Assembly (NCBI GenBank): GCA_051532035.1
Contig: JAOPTW010000036.1
Location: 1-64,000 of the forward strand
Origin: Fibrobacterales bacterium
GTDB taxonomy: Bacteria > Fibrobacterota > Fibrobacteria > Fibrobacterales > JAOPTW01
Direction of reading: 5' to 3'
Length of the DNA stretch: 64,000 bases
The position numbers were made by a program, and so were the translations under genes. Numbering within the stretch: the stretch's first letter is position 1; the number at the start of each line of letters is the position of its first letter. Below the pieces are notes generated by a model that saw nothing but the letters and a program-made list of their open reading frames with translations, did no database searches and was not told the DNA's origin. Positions 62,365 through 64,000 of this stretch are shown piece after piece.

Positions 62365-62739
62365 CTAATGCCCAGCAGGGCAATCATCATGGCTGTTTGC
62401 TGTCGAGTAAAAAAATACTTGTTTATCAAGCCACTCCTCACTCACTTTCTCACATGTAATGAGCGCATCAGTAAGGCATTCACTTACAGCAAAAGTTCCC
62501 GAACAGGCTTCCTCGACTGAATGGAATAAAAATTGTGGAAAATTTGTGTAGTAAATACAACTCGATGGTTTCCCGAGACTATCATTTGTCAGACAACTAT
62601 AAAAATCCGATTCCGGAAGTCCAGTACTTGAAAATCGCTGTTCTTGATTAGAACTTACTGATGTATTTGTTGGGCTATCCTCAGAACATGATATCATGCC
62701 AAGACACAAAACCGGGATAATAAATGTAGTGAGTTTCAT
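62365..62739 (-). CDS. Small Cys-rich hypothetical lipoprotein
   Basis: RBS AAGGA, lipobox MISC, six further Cys and no CxxCH. Confidence 0.7.
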   Translation of the reverse strand: MKLTTFIIPVLCLGMISCSEDSPTNTSVSSNQEQRFSSTGLPESDFYSCLTNDSLGKPSSCIYYTNFPQFLFHSVEEACSGTFAVSECLTDALITCEKVSEEWLDKQVFFYSTANSHDDCPAGH

Positions 62740-62898
62740 AATGATCCTTTCATTGCAAAAGTATAGCTAACAGAGAATAACTATTAGTATAGCACTAAAT
62801 ACTGAAATTGCAATATTTGATATAAGAACACTTGTAATTAACAGTAAATAAGAACCTACTCCTTAATTTCCTTAAAACAGTACCGATTCTCCATTTGC

Positions 62899-62920
62899 CA
62901 CCAGATTTGGTGTTGTTACT
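62899..62920. promoter_or_regulatory. Second copy of the candidate enhancer
   Basis: CACCAGATTTGGTGTTGTTACT versus CACCAAATCTGGTGTCGTTACT at 60623-60644. Confidence 0.65.
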
Positions 62921-62969
62921 CGATTATGGTATTAATTAAGTAACAATTGCCCCTTTTCAAACATAGTTT

Positions 62970-62986
62970 TTGGTACACATTTCGCT
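62970..62986 (+). promoter_or_regulatory. Sigma-54 promoter of the terminal cytochrome gene
   Basis: TTGGTACACATTTCGCT (GG-N10-GC), about 38 bp upstream of the ATG at 63024. Confidence 0.68.
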
Positions 62987-63023
62987 TTAACTACACCATA
63001 GCTCATAATTCAAAGGAACCATC

Positions 63024-64000
63024 ATGAAAAAATTATCACTTACATTAATACTGGCTGCTTCAGCCCTCTTTTGGGGATGTCTCGAAGGTGAAGAAGGAAC
63101 AGCAGGAGTACCAGGAGTTGGATGTGTCACTACAGAAAGTGCAGACAGTCTCACACTGTTAGTTATTTGTGGAACTGATACTTCAAGTATTCCACTCGGA
63201 AAAAATGGAGATGATGGAGCTACAGGTCCAAAAGGAGCTGATGGTGTCGACTATGTAGGTAACGGTGGCGCAAATTGTGCGTCTTGTCACAATGAAGGTA
63301 CTGAGCTCGTAATTCGCCAGCAACAGTATGCAATGTCCACACACGCAACTGGTGGCCATGCAGTACGTGGTAATTCTGCTTCTTGCGCAGGTTGCCACAC
63401 TCATGAAGGCTTTGAGGCGGTCGTTGCATCAGGCGGCACTACTCCAGAAGGCGTCTCTCTTACTGTTGAAGGCTTAACACAACCAAATTGTCGCACGTGT
63501 CACAATATCCACAACGCCTATGACAGTACCGACTGGGCACTTACCGTTGTTCCTACTGATAGTGTTCTTCTCGCAATTACTAGCACTAAATATGCTTACG
63601 GCACAGGTAATGTGTGTGCATCGTGTCACCAACCAAGAAAGGATGTTCCAGTGGCTACAGACTCAGTATCTGTGAGCAAATACTATGGCCCACACCACGG
63701 TCCACAATCTGCAACTCTTAAAGGCGCGGCATCATTCCTCTTCACTGGTGATACTGTGGCAATGCATGCTACTGGTGGACACGGTACCCTCATAGAAAAC
63801 ACTTGTGTAACCTGTCACATGGCTACCCAGCCAGGAGATATAACTACTGAATCTGGTGGACACCAATTTGGTATGAAAAATTCAGATCTAGAAATGAATC
63901 TTGCTGGCTGTGCAATATGTCATTCTGATGCTGATACCCTCGCCATAAAAATTACGGCACTTCAAACTGACATTCAAACACTCATAGATTCAGTTGAAAC
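63024..64000 (+). CDS. Multiheme (at least 6) c-type cytochrome lipoprotein with short collagen-like Gly-X-Y stretches, runs off the window edge
   Basis: Not in the ORF track. Manual translation: MKKLSLTLILAASALFWGC-LEGEEGTAGVPGVGC...GKNGDDGATGPKGADG...CASCH...CAGCH...CRTCH...CASCH...GPHHGPQ...CVTCHM...GGH...CAICH; frame open to the end. Confidence 0.92.
   Translation, partial: MKKLSLTLILAASALFWGCLEGEEGTAGVPGVGCVTTESADSLTLLVICGTDTSSIPLGKNGDDGATGPKGADGVDYVGNGGANCASCHNEGTELVIRQQQYAMSTHATGGHAVRGNSASCAGCHTHEGFEAVVASGGTTPEGVSLTVEGLTQPNCRTCHNIHNAYDSTDWALTVVPTDSVLLAITSTKYAYGTGNVCASCHQPRKDVPVATDSVSVSKYYGPHHGPQSATLKGAASFLFTGDTVAMHATGGHGTLIENTCVTCHMATQPGDITTESGGHQFGMKNSDLEMNLAGCAICHSDADTLAIKITALQTDIQTLIDSVE

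Noticed and set aside
63183..63429. Two minus-strand ORFs in the track
   Set aside because: They are antisense shadows of the plus-strand cytochrome starting at 63024. The other short ORFs overlapping long genes were dismissed for the same reason.

Overview
AT-rich bacterial chromosomal window. No rRNA, tRNA, CRISPR array or mobile element was recognised. Ser-rich lipoprotein linkers and secreted glycoside hydrolases suggest a Fibrobacterota-like host, but this is inference only. Positions 1-46 kb hold housekeeping and accessory genes: leuB-cimA-ilvE, a sigma-54/PAS signalling cluster, a class II ilvC, a PlsA/PlsR-like ether-lipid gene pair, a diguanylate cyclase, smc, ffh-rpsP-rimM-trmD-rplS, two clan GH-A lipoproteins, and a thermolysin-like protease next to an Ig-repeat protein. 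From about 46.1 kb to the window end lies a respiratory island with eight multiheme c-type cytochromes carrying at least 53 heme-binding motifs (hand count). One six-gene operon encodes an ImcH-like and a CbcL-like quinol oxidase, a beta-barrel porin, and nona-, penta- and tetraheme cytochromes, which together look like a complete extracellular electron transfer conduit. A DUF2271-cytochrome-DUF4266-DUF3570-TlpA operon with FMN-attachment motifs converges on it. A hemA-kinase-sigma-54 activator operon diverges from it. Two further lipoprotein cytochromes share a sigma-54 promoter and a palindromic upstream motif. Also notable is an IlvC with natural changes at the positions mutated in engineered NADH-preferring E. 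coli IlvC. All family assignments come from motif recognition, not database searches.
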